Shown: one piece after another, positions 28,452 to 38,400 of the stretch | How the letters are laid out: each line of letters begins with the position of its first letter | Numbering within the stretch: position 1 is the first letter of the stretch | NCBI GenBank assembly: GCA_021816695.1 | Contig: JAKAXE010000002.1 | Span: forward strand, 28,914-92,913 | Origin: a bacterium | Lineage (GTDB): Bacteria; Chloroflexota; Dormibacteria; Aeolococcales; Bog-877 | DNA length: 64,000 nt | Reading direction: 5' to 3' | Program-made: the position numbers and the translations under genes | The notes under the pieces: model-generated | Seen by the model: the letters and a program-made list of their open reading frames with translations, nothing else | Database searches by the model: none | What the model was told of the DNA's origin: nothing

Positions 28452-29659
28452 GCCCGACGCCACACCAGCCGTTCCTCGGGCACATCCCCGGGGTGCTCCG
28501 GACGCACCGCAACCCGCCAGACCAGGCCGCCGCCGAACCGCTCACTGAGCCGGGCGGCAGCGCGTTCGATCTCCTCCCGCCGATCCCCCCCGCTGGGAAA
28601 GAGCTGGCGCTGGCGCACCGGAGGCGCGACCAGCTCCAACGCTTGGAGTTCGACCACCTCGACCGGACGCCGCACCCGGGCCATGAGGCTGAGCACCAGA
28701 GGCAGCAGTTCCTCCTTGGTCATGGCGGGAGAGGGGGGCGTGATCAGCTCCCAGGACTCCCCTCCCTCCCCACCCACCAGCAGCCGCAGGCGTCCCGCTG
28801 CCAGGTTCCGCTGGGCCAGCTCTCCGGCCAGCTCCGCCGCCAGCTCTGGAGCGCCGAAGCGCAACGCCTCCGTGTCCTCGACCGGCCCTGCCAACACCCG
28901 CCGCACACCACAAGGAGGCGGAACCACCCAGGGATTGACGGTGGCCCCGTCTCTCCCCAGACAGAGACGGTTGAGAAGCAGGCCCTCCGGTCCGAACTGT
29001 CGTTGCAACAGAGGGAGCGGGATCGAGGCACAGTCGCCACAGGTCGTCAGGCCAAACTCCCGCAACCGCTCCTTGACGGTCCCGGGCAGGGGCAGGGCCT
29101 CCACCGGAAGCTCGGCCAGAAAGTGTGGCGCCCGGCCCGGAGGCACCAACCGGGCGTGCCCGGGATCTGTGGCCAGGGCGGCCGCCCAAGCGGTGAAGCG
29201 CGACTGCCCCACCCCCACCCGGGGCGGGACCAGAAGCAGCCGCTGCAGCTCCCTTCCCAGCCGGGAGGCCAGAGCCGCCTCCGTGGGCCAGCGCAGGTCG
29301 CGGGCCCCGGCGTCCAGGTAGGCGAGGGTGTCGTCCACCCACTCCACCATGGGGCTGATGTCCTGCAGGGCCAGGCGCAGCTCCCAGCGCAGCTCCGAGA
29401 TCGCCGTCTCCTCCACGCCGAGACGGGCCGCGTCCGGGCAGGAGATCACCGCCTGGCGCCACTCACCTCCGGGGACAGCCCCGGCGGCCACGGCAGCCTC
29501 CGAGGCGGCCAGAAGCACCTCCCCGCCGCCCGGTCTCCGCTCCGGGCCCACCAGAACCGCCTCTTCCCTCAGCTCAGGATGAGCCCGCCAGGCCAGGCTG
29601 AGGGCGAGATGGGGGAAGATCGCGCAAGCCAGGCGAGGGGCTGAGCCCCGGCCGCTCAC
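28448..29659 (-). CDS. imuB: ImuB (Y-family DNA polymerase-like, catalytically inactive mutasome subunit), short form
   Basis: GTG at comp(29657-29659) overlaps the imuA TGA. The N-terminus LACAIFPHLALSLAW lacks the acidic D-x-D of active Y-family polymerases, as in ImuB. IMS-like core and little-finger blocks are present (PVEALPLPGTVKERLREFGLTTCGD). 403 aa, about 80-100 aa shorter than typical ImuB. Confidence 0.8.
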   Translation of the reverse strand: MSGRGSAPRLACAIFPHLALSLAWRAHPELREEAVLVGPERRPGGGEVLLAASEAAVAAGAVPGGEWRQAVISCPDAARLGVEETAISELRWELRLALQDISPMVEWVDDTLAYLDAGARDLRWPTEAALASRLGRELQRLLLVPPRVGVGQSRFTAWAAALATDPGHARLVPPGRAPHFLAELPVEALPLPGTVKERLREFGLTTCGDCASIPLPLLQRQFGPEGLLLNRLCLGRDGATVNPWVVPPPCGVRRVLAGPVEDTEALRFGAPELAAELAGELAQRNLAAGRLRLLVGGEGGESWELITPPSPAMTKEELLPLVLSLMARVRRPVEVVELQALELVAPPVRQRQLFPSGGDRREEIERAAARLSERFGGGLVWRVAVRPEHPGDVPEERLVWRRA

Positions 29660-30465
29660 CCACTGGCCTCCATGGGGACCGTGGGATCTTCTGCCTCCAG
29701 CTCCGCCTCCACCACTCCCGCCCCGGAGGAGTAGGGACGGGGAAGTGCGATCCGCAGCCGACAGCTCCGTCCGCTCCCCCCCATCCGGCTGCGTCCCACC
29801 TGCAGGCGCACCCAGATTCCGGAGATGTCGCGATGGACTCTGGTCCAGGCCAGCCGCTGACACTCGACCTCCATCGCCACCCGGAGGGCGACCTCTCCGG
29901 GGAGGGACTGCCCCCCGCAGATGAGCGCCACCCCTCCGCTGGACTCCAGCGCCCCGAGCAGGGTCGCCGGAGCCGCCCTCCCCACCGGTTCCCACCTATC
30001 GGCCACCATCAGGGTGATGCCCGCTCCCGCCTCGACGAGGGCTCGGGCCGCGGCCCACCCCTGTTCGGGACGGCGGGGATGAACCAGCCATAGGTTGCGC
30101 AGATCACCCCCATAGGCCTCTATGTCATTGGGGTCGACCCTTCCGGAGAAGTCCACCAGCACCGCCGGGAGGGAGGTGGAGAGGCGAGCCAGGATCGCCA
30201 GGCTCAGGTCGAACCACCCCTGCCCCAACTCTCCTGACACCCATGTGAGGCGCCCTTGGGGCAGCCCGTCGCACCCGGTCAGGCCATCAACCCCCCCTAT
30301 CCCCGTGGGCAACCCGGCCATGCTCGGACCTGTCCCCGCCAGGACCGCACGGGAGCCGTAGCGCTCCCGGAGGGTGGCCAGAGCCGCCCCCAGAGCGGGG
30401 GAAGCCCTGTTACGGAGGTCGTCGCCCAGCAATGGCCCAGCTCCTCGACAAGGTCCGGCGGACAC
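29656..30465 (-). CDS. imuA: ImuA (RecA/SulA-like SOS mutasome protein)
   Basis: RecA-fold-like block LPTGIGGVDGLTGCDGLPQGRLTWVSGELGQGWFDLSLAILARL. It lies immediately upstream of imuB. The track ORF start (30579) lies upstream of the LexA box and -10, so I trimmed it to GTG comp(30463-30465). TTG at 30432 is an alternative. Confidence 0.75.
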   Translation of the reverse strand: MSAGPCRGAGPLLGDDLRNRASPALGAALATLRERYGSRAVLAGTGPSMAGLPTGIGGVDGLTGCDGLPQGRLTWVSGELGQGWFDLSLAILARLSTSLPAVLVDFSGRVDPNDIEAYGGDLRNLWLVHPRRPEQGWAAARALVEAGAGITLMVADRWEPVGRAAPATLLGALESSGGVALICGGQSLPGEVALRVAMEVECQRLAWTRVHRDISGIWVRLQVGRSRMGGSGRSCRLRIALPRPYSSGAGVVEAELEAEDPTVPMEASG

Positions 30466-30471
30466 AGGGCC

Positions 30472-30501
30472 ATGATACGAACATTTGTTCCTGAAAGGCA
30501 A
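30472..30501 (-). promoter_or_regulatory. Candidate SOS promoter of imuA: -35 TTGCCT, LexA box CGAACATTTGTTCC (30478-30491) inside the 18-nt spacer, -10 TATCAT
   Basis: Read on the minus strand: TTGCCT-TTCAGGAACAAATGTTCG-TATCAT-GGCCCT-GTG. The perfect GAAC-N4-GTTC dyad sits between the hexamers. The GTG start lies 6 nt after the -10, a leaderless geometry. Confidence 0.6.
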
Positions 30502-30602
30502 GCGGCCTCCGCCGACTGCGTGCCTCCCCATAAATTGCCTAGAATCCCTGGAGAAAGTAGTCACGCGACCCCGGCTCAAGGTCGCTCTCGGGAGGCAAGC
30601 CC

Positions 30603-30944
30603 ATGAATCGGCGCGAGCTGGCGAAGACTCTGCAGGCTCAGCTGCTCTACGACAACGACCCGAGCGATCCCGTCTTTCCCAACTTCCGCTTCGCCGACGA
30701 GACCCTCCAGTTGATCTTCGGCCTCATCGGCCAGAAGCTGGCGAACGGCGAGGAGGTGAGCATCGCCGGCTTCGGCCACTGGAAGTTGCGCCAGAGCCCG
30801 GGTGGGATGCGCCGCAACCCCCAGACCCAGGCCATGGTCCGGGTCGCCCCGACCACCAAGGTGCGCTTCTACCCGGCCAGCTCACTGAAGGCACAGGTAG
30901 CGGGCAAGCCCACCGCCTCACGACGCAACGCCCGCCGCTCATAG
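30603..30944 (+). CDS. HU/IHF-family nucleoid-associated DNA-binding protein (divergent, with an insertion in the helical N-terminal half)
   Basis: GFGHWKLRQSPGGMRRNPQTQAMVRVAPTTKVRFYPASSLK matches the HU/IHF arm pattern G-F-G-x-F-x-x-R...R-N-P-x-T-x-x-x-h...F-x-P-x-x-x-L-K. SD GGGAGG upstream. Confidence 0.75.
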   Translation: MNRRELAKTLQAQLLYDNDPSDPVFPNFRFADETLQLIFGLIGQKLANGEEVSIAGFGHWKLRQSPGGMRRNPQTQAMVRVAPTTKVRFYPASSLKAQVAGKPTASRRNARRS

Positions 30945-30962
30945 AGCCGAAGGAGGACTGAG

Positions 30963-31967
30963 GTGCGAGTCGCCATCACCGGCGGAACCGGATTCGTCGG
31001 CTCGTATCTGGTCACCCAGCTGCTCAGCGCCGGCCACGAGCTGAGGGTGGTGGCACGCGGCAGTGCCCATGCCGACCTGCCCGCGGGCCTCCTGCCCACC
31101 TTTGGCGATGTGGTGTCCGGCCGGGGCTTGGAGGAGGCGTTCGAGGGGGCCGAGGTGGTGGTCAACCTGGCAGCGGTGATCCGCAGCCGCGGGGTTCAGA
31201 CCTTCGAGTCGGTCAACGCCGGGGGCAGCGCCCGGGTCGCCCGCGCGGCGCGAGCGGCAGGAGCCCGTCGGGTGGTGCAGCTCTCGGCCATCGGTGCCGA
31301 CCCCGACCCCCGCTTCCCCTACCTGTACTCCAAGTGGCAGGGCGAGCAGGCGGTCAGGGGGAGCGGGCTGGAGGCGGTCATCCTCCGATCCTCGGTCGTC
31401 TTCGGCAAGGGCGACGGCTTCTTCACCCTCCTGGCTCGGGCGATCGCCCTCCCCTCCCCGTTCCTGGTGGTCCCGGGCAACGGCGCCGCGACCTTCCAGC
31501 CGATCCATGCCGAGGACCTGGCCCGCTGCCTAGTCGCGGCGGTCGAGGACGACGGCCGGGCTGGCCACCTGTACGAGTTGGGCGGCCCGGAGCAGCTGAC
31601 CCTGGATCAGATCACCGAGGTGGTGGCACGGGTTACCGGGCGCGAGTGGCTCGGGATAACTCGGCGGCGGCTCCTCCACCTCGACCCGCGGCTGATCCGT
31701 CCGGGAGCCGTTCTCATGGATAAGCTGCTCCCCAACCCCCTGGTCACCCCCGATCAGTTGGACATGCTGGTCAAGCCCAACGTGGCTCAGGTGGATGCCG
31801 TGCGCAGCAACTTCGGATTCGACCCCCGCCCCCTGGAGCCCAACCTGGGCTACCTGCGGCGGCAGCGCCGCTGGCCAATGAGGCTGTTGGACCAGGGCAG
31901 CGCTAGGCTTGAGAACCATGGACCCTCGGCCGACGGCCAGGGTCGCGAGACGGGGGGCCACGGCTGA
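30963..31967 (+). CDS. NAD(P)H-binding atypical SDR (NDUFA9/NmrA-like epimerase-dehydratase fold)
   Basis: GTG start after SD AAGGAGG. N-terminal VAITGGTGFVGSYLV Rossmann motif and Y-x-x-x-K (YLYSKWQGE). Confidence 0.75.
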   Translation: MRVAITGGTGFVGSYLVTQLLSAGHELRVVARGSAHADLPAGLLPTFGDVVSGRGLEEAFEGAEVVVNLAAVIRSRGVQTFESVNAGGSARVARAARAAGARRVVQLSAIGADPDPRFPYLYSKWQGEQAVRGSGLEAVILRSSVVFGKGDGFFTLLARAIALPSPFLVVPGNGAATFQPIHAEDLARCLVAAVEDDGRAGHLYELGGPEQLTLDQITEVVARVTGREWLGITRRRLLHLDPRLIRPGAVLMDKLLPNPLVTPDQLDMLVKPNVAQVDAVRSNFGFDPRPLEPNLGYLRRQRRWPMRLLDQGSARLENHGPSADGQGRETGGHG

Positions 31968-31992
31968 CCGGCGCCCCCAGGAGGAATCTGTT

Positions 31993-32328
31993 ATGAGCGA
32001 CGAGAATCCCACCCCCAAGGAGATCATGGAGCGCATTCCCTCTGCGTTCAAGCCGGAAAAGGCCGCCGGGGTGACCGCAGTTTTCCAATGGGAGGTGGGC
32101 GGCGAACAAGGGGGGCACTGGTTCGTGACCGTCAAGGACTCAGCCTGCCACGTGGCAGAGGGCCAGGCCGAGGCTCCCAACATCACCCTCACCATCGCCG
32201 ACGAAAACTTCGTGAAGCTTCTCACCGGCAAGCTGGACGGCACGGTGGCCTTCATGACCGGGAAGCTCAAGGTCAAGGGCGACATGGGGCTGGCCATGAG
32301 GCTGCCCCAACTATTCAACCTTCGCTGA
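31993..32328 (+). CDS. SCP-2 sterol-carrier-like domain protein
   Basis: Start trimmed to ATG 31993 behind SD AGGAGG. ...FVKLLTGKLDGTVAFMTGKLKVKGDMGLAMRL is the classic SCP2 C-terminal motif. Confidence 0.8.
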   Translation: MSDENPTPKEIMERIPSAFKPEKAAGVTAVFQWEVGGEQGGHWFVTVKDSACHVAEGQAEAPNITLTIADENFVKLLTGKLDGTVAFMTGKLKVKGDMGLAMRLPQLFNLR

Positions 32329-35300
32329 GGGGAGGCGAGCGGCGACGGGCCACTCCGCCGCGCTCCGGGCAGAACCACTGGTAGGGGCACTCGCCGCAGG
32401 GCAGCGGCGAGTGCCCCACCGCTGAGAGGGTCTCCGGCTCTGCCGCCCTGCGCGCCAGAGCAACCGCCCAGCTGAGCGCATCGTCGCGGGCCGCCGCAGA
32501 CGAGTCCACCTCCACCGTCTCCCCCGTGCGCAACAGGACCAGGGTCGGCGGAGCCACCCGATGGCTTCCGAGGAGGCCCCGTCCCACCGCCATCGAGTAG
32601 AGGAGGAGCTGGCGGCTGTGCCGCTCCAGAGAGGCGGTGGTCAGCATGCGATCCGTCTTGTAGTCCAGCACCAAGGCCTCACCACGGTCCGTCAGCGCCA
32701 CCCGGTCGATCGCTCCGACCAGGTCGGGAAGCCCCACCGTGCCCCAGCCGCTCCATTTGAACTTCACCTCCACCCCCAGGGTGGGCAGGGCAGCGATCGG
32801 AAGTGTGGCGTAGGCCTCCAGCATCGCGTCCAGATCCTCCGAGCTCACCCCAGAGCTGCTTGCGATCTGGGCCAACTCCCCGGGCCGGGGTCCGCGAGCC
32901 GGATGGCGCCGGTGGAAGCTCTCCAGGACTCGGTGGGCGGCACTTCCCATCTTCCGGGCCACGCTGGCGTCCGCCTCCGCCGGCCCTCCGACTCTGAACT
33001 GGGCCACCTGCTCAAACCAGTACCACCTGGGGCAGAGTTCCAGAGTCTCCAGCGCGCTGAAGCTGACCTCGGGCCGCGGGCGCTGCCCGTGATCCCAGCC
33101 ATCCTCCTCCAGCTGCTCCACCTGCCGCCACCTCACCAGCGCCGCTTGCAGGTCCGAGGGCTGTCGCCCAGGGACCGGTGCGCGGGCGATGCTCGGGGAA
33201 GAAACCCAGGGCAGGGTGACCTCCTCGGGGAAGCCCGGCAGAGGCCCCACCCAAGGAGCGCGCGCTGCCAGTGCGGCGACCAACTCGCCGAATTCTCCCC
33301 CGCCTCTCGCCCCATTCCAGACCTCTTCGAGCAACTCGCCCACGGTGGCTCCCTTGCTCCCCCGCCAAGCCCGGGTCGTGGTCACGACCAGCAGGTCTCT
33401 GGCCCTCGTCATCCCCACGTAGATCAGCCGGGTGCGCTCCTCCCGGTCCACCCGCGCCGCCCTCGTGGACGCCCAACGCGCCTTGGCAGCCGTGTCAACA
33501 CCTCCGGCGCGGGTGACCACCACGGCCCTCGCCTCCTCATCCCATAGCACCGGTCCGGAGCGGCTCTGGGAATGGAACGGGCGGCAGTCAGCCAGCACCA
33601 CCACTGGCCACTCCAACCCCTTGGCCCCATGGATGGTGCTGATCGTAACCTGATCGCCCTCCGCAGGCGCGGGCTCCCGGCGACCTCCGCGCTCCCCCAG
33701 ACCGGCGATCCTGGCCACCAGCTCACGGGCGGGCACGAACCGCCCCCCGCGTTCGGCCTCCAGGGCCACGCGATTGAGTGCTTCCAGAGAGGCGAGGGCG
33801 CGTGAACCGTCAGCTTCCCCAAGGCGGCGACGGGCGTCATGATAGGCCCGCAAACCAGACCGTTCCACTAGCAGGGACAAGACTTCGCTGCCGGAGCGGA
33901 GCTCCGCCGCGGCCGCCCCCGCGGCCAGCAATTCAATGGCCGAATGCGCGCGGCGCCGCACCGGACGGCTCACGGACGCCGTGGCCAGGCCGCGGCGGAC
34001 CAGGTCGGGCACCGGCTCACCCCCCGCCTGCGGGCGGCCCATAATCAGGGCCAGCTCCTGGTCGGGGACGCGGAATAGCGGTCCCTGGAGGACGCGCACC
34101 CAGGCCTGACCGTCGAGGGGATTGACCGCCGCCCGCAGCAGCGCCACGGCGTCCTTCACCGCCGGTCGCTCCAGCAGCCCACCGGTTGCCGCGGCGAACG
34201 GTATGCCTCGTGCCCTCAGGGCCTCCTCCAGGTAAGGCCCAATTCGGCTCAGGGTACGGGCGAGGATGGCGACGTCCTGATAGCGCACGTCCTGCTGGCT
34301 GCCGTCCGGATGGACGAGCCCCTCATCGTGGAGCTTGCTGATCAGATCGGCGATCCCCTCCGCCTCTAGTTGTGGATGAGTGGCCGTCCCGAGGAGGACG
34401 GGGTGGCCATCGGGCGCTGTCCTCCCCACCTCCATCGGGCGGTCGTCCGAGAACTGCGGCTCGGTACGCAGCACCGCCTCGGCGGCGGACAGGATGGAAG
34501 CCAGGGATCGGTAGTTGCGGGCGAGGGGATACAGGCGGCCGGGATGATCCTCCATGACCCCTGGCTGGGCATCCCGGAAGGCGTAGATCGACTGCCTGGG
34601 GTCGCCCACGACGTAGCTGCGCTCCTGGTTGCGGCCCCAAAGCTCAGCCAGCAGCCCCACCTGAAGAGGGCTGGTGTCCTGATACTCATCCACGATCACC
34701 AGACGAAAGTTCTGCTGTGTCCAGGCCCTTAGGGACGGTGCCGAACGCAGCGCCTGGAGGGCAGTCCTAAGAAGGCCGTCGAAGTCAGTGGCGTTGAGGG
34801 CCTCGAGGCGCTTCTCGTACTCGAGCCAGACCTCCAGGGTGAGTCGGAGGCCGAGTCGGTGGACGGCCACCTCGGACTCCGAGTCGGAAGCGAACGGAGG
34901 CGCGCCATACGCCCTGGTGGAGAGCCGCAGGCAATCGTCAGGGCTGAGCGGTGTCGAGCGAAGCCGCCTGACCGCCTCCTCGGCGGATCTGGCGATGGGG
35001 ACCAGGTCCCTGCCATTCACCAGGGGGGGCAGGGGGCCGAGCTCACCGTTGGCCAACCTCCCGCGCACCACCTGGCCGGCCTCCTGCAGCAGCTGGTAGG
35101 CCTCGATCTCGTCCAGCTGCTCGAGCTCCGGGCCAACCCGGGCGTCATACCAGTGCTCAGCCAGGAGGCGATACATAAGCTGATGGAAGGTGCCGATCCA
35201 GGCGGAGTCGAGATCGGGCGGCGAGGGGAAGGTGGCGACCGTCCGGGCCACCCTCTCCCGCAGCTCGGCGGCGCCTTTCTTGGTGAAGGTCACGGCCAGG

Positions 35301-35479
35301 ATCTGGCCCGGAGTCATCCCGTCCAACAGGCCGGCCGCGTACAAGGCCGCCATGGTCCGGGTCTTGCCACTGCCAGCGGCAGCGACCACCTTCACCGGTC
35401 CGTGATGGAGCTGGGACACAACCTCGCGCTGCGCCGGACTGAGGTCCCGCAGGATGCCCTCCAAGATCTCCTGGCTCAC
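32315..35479 (-). CDS. adnB: UvrD/PcrA-like helicase fused to C-terminal RecB-family nuclease (AdnB/AddA-type subunit)
   Basis: Walker A AAAGSGKTRTM, motif VDEYQDTSP, a later TIHGAKGLEW, a C-terminal PD-(D/E)XK block (LVLDYKT) and a terminal cysteine group (C...CGECPYQWFC). 1054 aa. Confidence 0.8.
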   Translation of the reverse strand: MSQEILEGILRDLSPAQREVVSQLHHGPVKVVAAAGSGKTRTMAALYAAGLLDGMTPGQILAVTFTKKGAAELRERVARTVATFPSPPDLDSAWIGTFHQLMYRLLAEHWYDARVGPELEQLDEIEAYQLLQEAGQVVRGRLANGELGPLPPLVNGRDLVPIARSAEEAVRRLRSTPLSPDDCLRLSTRAYGAPPFASDSESEVAVHRLGLRLTLEVWLEYEKRLEALNATDFDGLLRTALQALRSAPSLRAWTQQNFRLVIVDEYQDTSPLQVGLLAELWGRNQERSYVVGDPRQSIYAFRDAQPGVMEDHPGRLYPLARNYRSLASILSAAEAVLRTEPQFSDDRPMEVGRTAPDGHPVLLGTATHPQLEAEGIADLISKLHDEGLVHPDGSQQDVRYQDVAILARTLSRIGPYLEEALRARGIPFAAATGGLLERPAVKDAVALLRAAVNPLDGQAWVRVLQGPLFRVPDQELALIMGRPQAGGEPVPDLVRRGLATASVSRPVRRRAHSAIELLAAGAAAAELRSGSEVLSLLVERSGLRAYHDARRRLGEADGSRALASLEALNRVALEAERGGRFVPARELVARIAGLGERGGRREPAPAEGDQVTISTIHGAKGLEWPVVVLADCRPFHSQSRSGPVLWDEEARAVVVTRAGGVDTAAKARWASTRAARVDREERTRLIYVGMTRARDLLVVTTTRAWRGSKGATVGELLEEVWNGARGGGEFGELVAALAARAPWVGPLPGFPEEVTLPWVSSPSIARAPVPGRQPSDLQAALVRWRQVEQLEEDGWDHGQRPRPEVSFSALETLELCPRWYWFEQVAQFRVGGPAEADASVARKMGSAAHRVLESFHRRHPARGPRPGELAQIASSSGVSSEDLDAMLEAYATLPIAALPTLGVEVKFKWSGWGTVGLPDLVGAIDRVALTDRGEALVLDYKTDRMLTTASLERHSRQLLLYSMAVGRGLLGSHRVAPPTLVLLRTGETVEVDSSAAARDDALSWAVALARRAAEPETLSAVGHSPLPCGECPYQWFCPERGGVARRRSPPLSEG

Positions 35480-38400
35480 TCGGGCAACCCGGGTCCCGAA
35501 CCGACGCTTCCCTCACCATCGCAGCAGGTCGAAAAGGGGCATCCGCGTTCGCCGAGACAGGTCCCCGCATCGTGCCGCGGAGCGGCAGGGAAGACACCCC
35601 TTTGGATCGCTCGCGCCTCGTGATCCAGCCGCACTTCAAATTGGCGGCGGAGTTCCGGCGTGAGCAGCGCATCGGTCCAGGCAACCTCCTCCGATTCCTC
35701 GCCCACGGCGAATCCGCGCACGGCGAGCCCCGTCTTGAACCTGGCGCTCGGCTCGATTGCGAGGTACCAGTTCCGGACGAAGCGAGGTCGGACGCCCTGG
35801 GCGGCCGGATCCAGAGCCCCCGAACTGGCTGCCAGCTCGTAGATGGGGAGCTGCCAGTCGACCGCCGGCTTGCCATCGGCGCCGGAGATGGAGCTGGCCA
35901 GGACATCCCTGCTGGGTGCTTGCGGGGAGGTCTTGTAGTCAACCAACTCCAGGTCACCGGAGGGACGCCGCCAAAGCGCATCCACCCGACCGGTGAGGTC
36001 GTACCCCTGCCGCGGAAGGCTGAAAGGGACCTCCACCGCTACCGGGCTACCCACCTGCTCCGGCCCCGGAGCCACGATGCGATCCGCCCAACGAGACAAG
36101 ATGACGCGCAGCGAGAGGTCCACGGAGGCCTCGGCCAGGGGGTCGCAGAGGTAATCACGGACATCTGGCATCAGCTGCTCCCGGATCAGCTTCTGGCCTT
36201 GGGCCCGGAATTGATCGGGGTCCCCCGCCCACACGGCTGGGTTCTCGTAGAGGAGCTGCAGAAGTCGGTGCGCCATGCTACCCAGGACCGACGGCGCCGT
36301 GCCCTGCTCGAGGAGGTGAAGTCGGTGATAGTGGTACTGGCGGGGGCAGGCGAGCCAGCTCTTCATGCTGGTGGCGCTGAGCCGGACCTGTTCTGAAACC
36401 AACCCGGGCACCGTCGGGTCCCACGGCTGCAGAAGGTCGGCCTGATCACGAACCTCCTCCGGGAGAGCTTGCCCCACCTCGCCCCCGGCTCCCTGCGAGA
36501 TGGACGCCAGCTGGGCCAGGCAGTCCGCCCGGGTGACATTCCTAGCTGATGGCGCCGGGCCGGCCGTCACCCCCAGACCCTCCAGGGCGGCGGCGAACCG
36601 AGAATCGCCCACCTCGTCCTCACCGTACCGAGCGGCCCAGGTGACGGTCAGCTGGACGTCAGCACGGGAGATCCCCATCAGGAACCTTCGGCGCTCCTGG
36701 GCTCCCCAGTCCCCCGGTGCCAGCACCTCCTCCATCTCGGGCACGAACTCCGCGAGGCGCTGCCTGTCCTCCCCGGTCAGCAGATCGTGGGTAGGACCGG
36801 GACCGGGCAGGTACCGATCAGCGACCCCAACCAGGAACACCCGTTGCCAGCGGCGCCCCTTGGCCTGGCCCAACGTCACCACGGTCACCTCGGGTCGGTC
36901 TGGCCTGGGGACCCGATCCACCTCCCACCCCGACCGCCGCGCCGCCAGCTGCAGGATGTGCGCCCACTCCCGCAGTTGGGCCGGCCCCAGCGCCAACAGC
37001 TCGCGAGCATTCCCGGCATCCTGGACCGAGAGGTTGATGCGGGCCAGCGCGGAGGCGGAGGAGAACTCCCGCAGCGCGAGGTCGGAGACTCCGAGCTCCA
37101 CCTCCAGGGTGCCGAGCAAGCCCTGGAACTCCGGTGGAGTGAAGCGTTTGTCTGCGAGCCCGGGGTCGCCGCCACCGAGCTGAAGCCACAGCGCTCGGCG
37201 CAGCCCCAGGGCACCCTCGGTCGATCCGACTTCGGCGCTCCGGAGCGCACCGGCCACGCTGGTGCGCCTCCTCGCCGCCCACCGCCGAAGGCGCAGGATC
37301 TCAGCCTCGCCCACCCCCCCCGGATCAGCCTGCAGCGCCAAAAGAACCCGCCGGTCGTCGGTGGGATGGCAGAGGGCCTCGAGCCAGGCCGAGAGTTGGC
37401 TGAGAACGGGACTGCCGGACCATGGGCTCATCTCCAACCGCACCGGGACCCCAATGGAGCGGAGCGACTGCACCAGCGAAGGGAGGAGAACCGCTCCGCC
37501 AGCCGAGACCACGGCGACCTGGTCATACGGCACTCCCTCCTCCAGCCGCAGCCGACGGACCTCTCGGGCGACGGCGTAGGCCTCCTCGGTCTCGTCCTCG
37601 GCCCGCCAGATCCGGAGCGATGCGGCCGGGGTCGAGGCGGCCCTCGCTGGGGGGACCAGATTGTCCGCGGGGACGCCCCACCTCATCGCCAGTTCGACAA
37701 CCGGGCCGTTCCCCGGCAGCACGAGTTCTTGGGGGCGCATCTCTCGGGGGAAGAGCTCCTCAAAGCAGCGCACCGAAGGTCCATGACGCTCGCCGCCGGC
37801 CACCGTGCCGTCACCTGCCACCACGAAGCGACGCGGTGGGGCGAGCAGGTCAGCCAGTTCACGGAGCAGGTACCACTGGGCCGGGCTGAGCTGCTCGGCC
37901 TGATCAACCACCAGTAGGTCGGCCCACCCCGCCCACTCATTTGAGTGTGCTTGCAGGCAGGCGAGGGCAGCTCCGGCCAGCTGCTTGGTGTCCATCGCCC
38001 CCATTTGGTCAAGCGCCAGCTGGTAGTTGGCGGCCAACACGGTTACCTGGGCGAGAATGCCGTCGCTGCTGCGGAGCCGCGAGGCGAGAAGCGCCGGGGA
38101 CACCAGGGCCTGGCTGAAGCTGCCACAGAGGTCCAGGAGGCCATCTACGAACCCCGGGACGTCGGCCAGCTCTCCTAGCTCCCCCAGGACCGGGCGGGAA
38201 TGTTCCACCGCCGCACGCATGGCGATCCACTCCGCCACCGGTCCGAGGACCTGGCGGGTCTCGGCCACCGAGCGTTCCATGACCCAGCGGGCCAGCCGCT
38301 CGTGGGTCATCACCAACGGCGGACGGCTCGTCCCACGACCCCCACCGTCCAGCTGGCGGGCGAAGTCCCGCACGGCCGCCCGGCTCGGGAGCACCACGAT

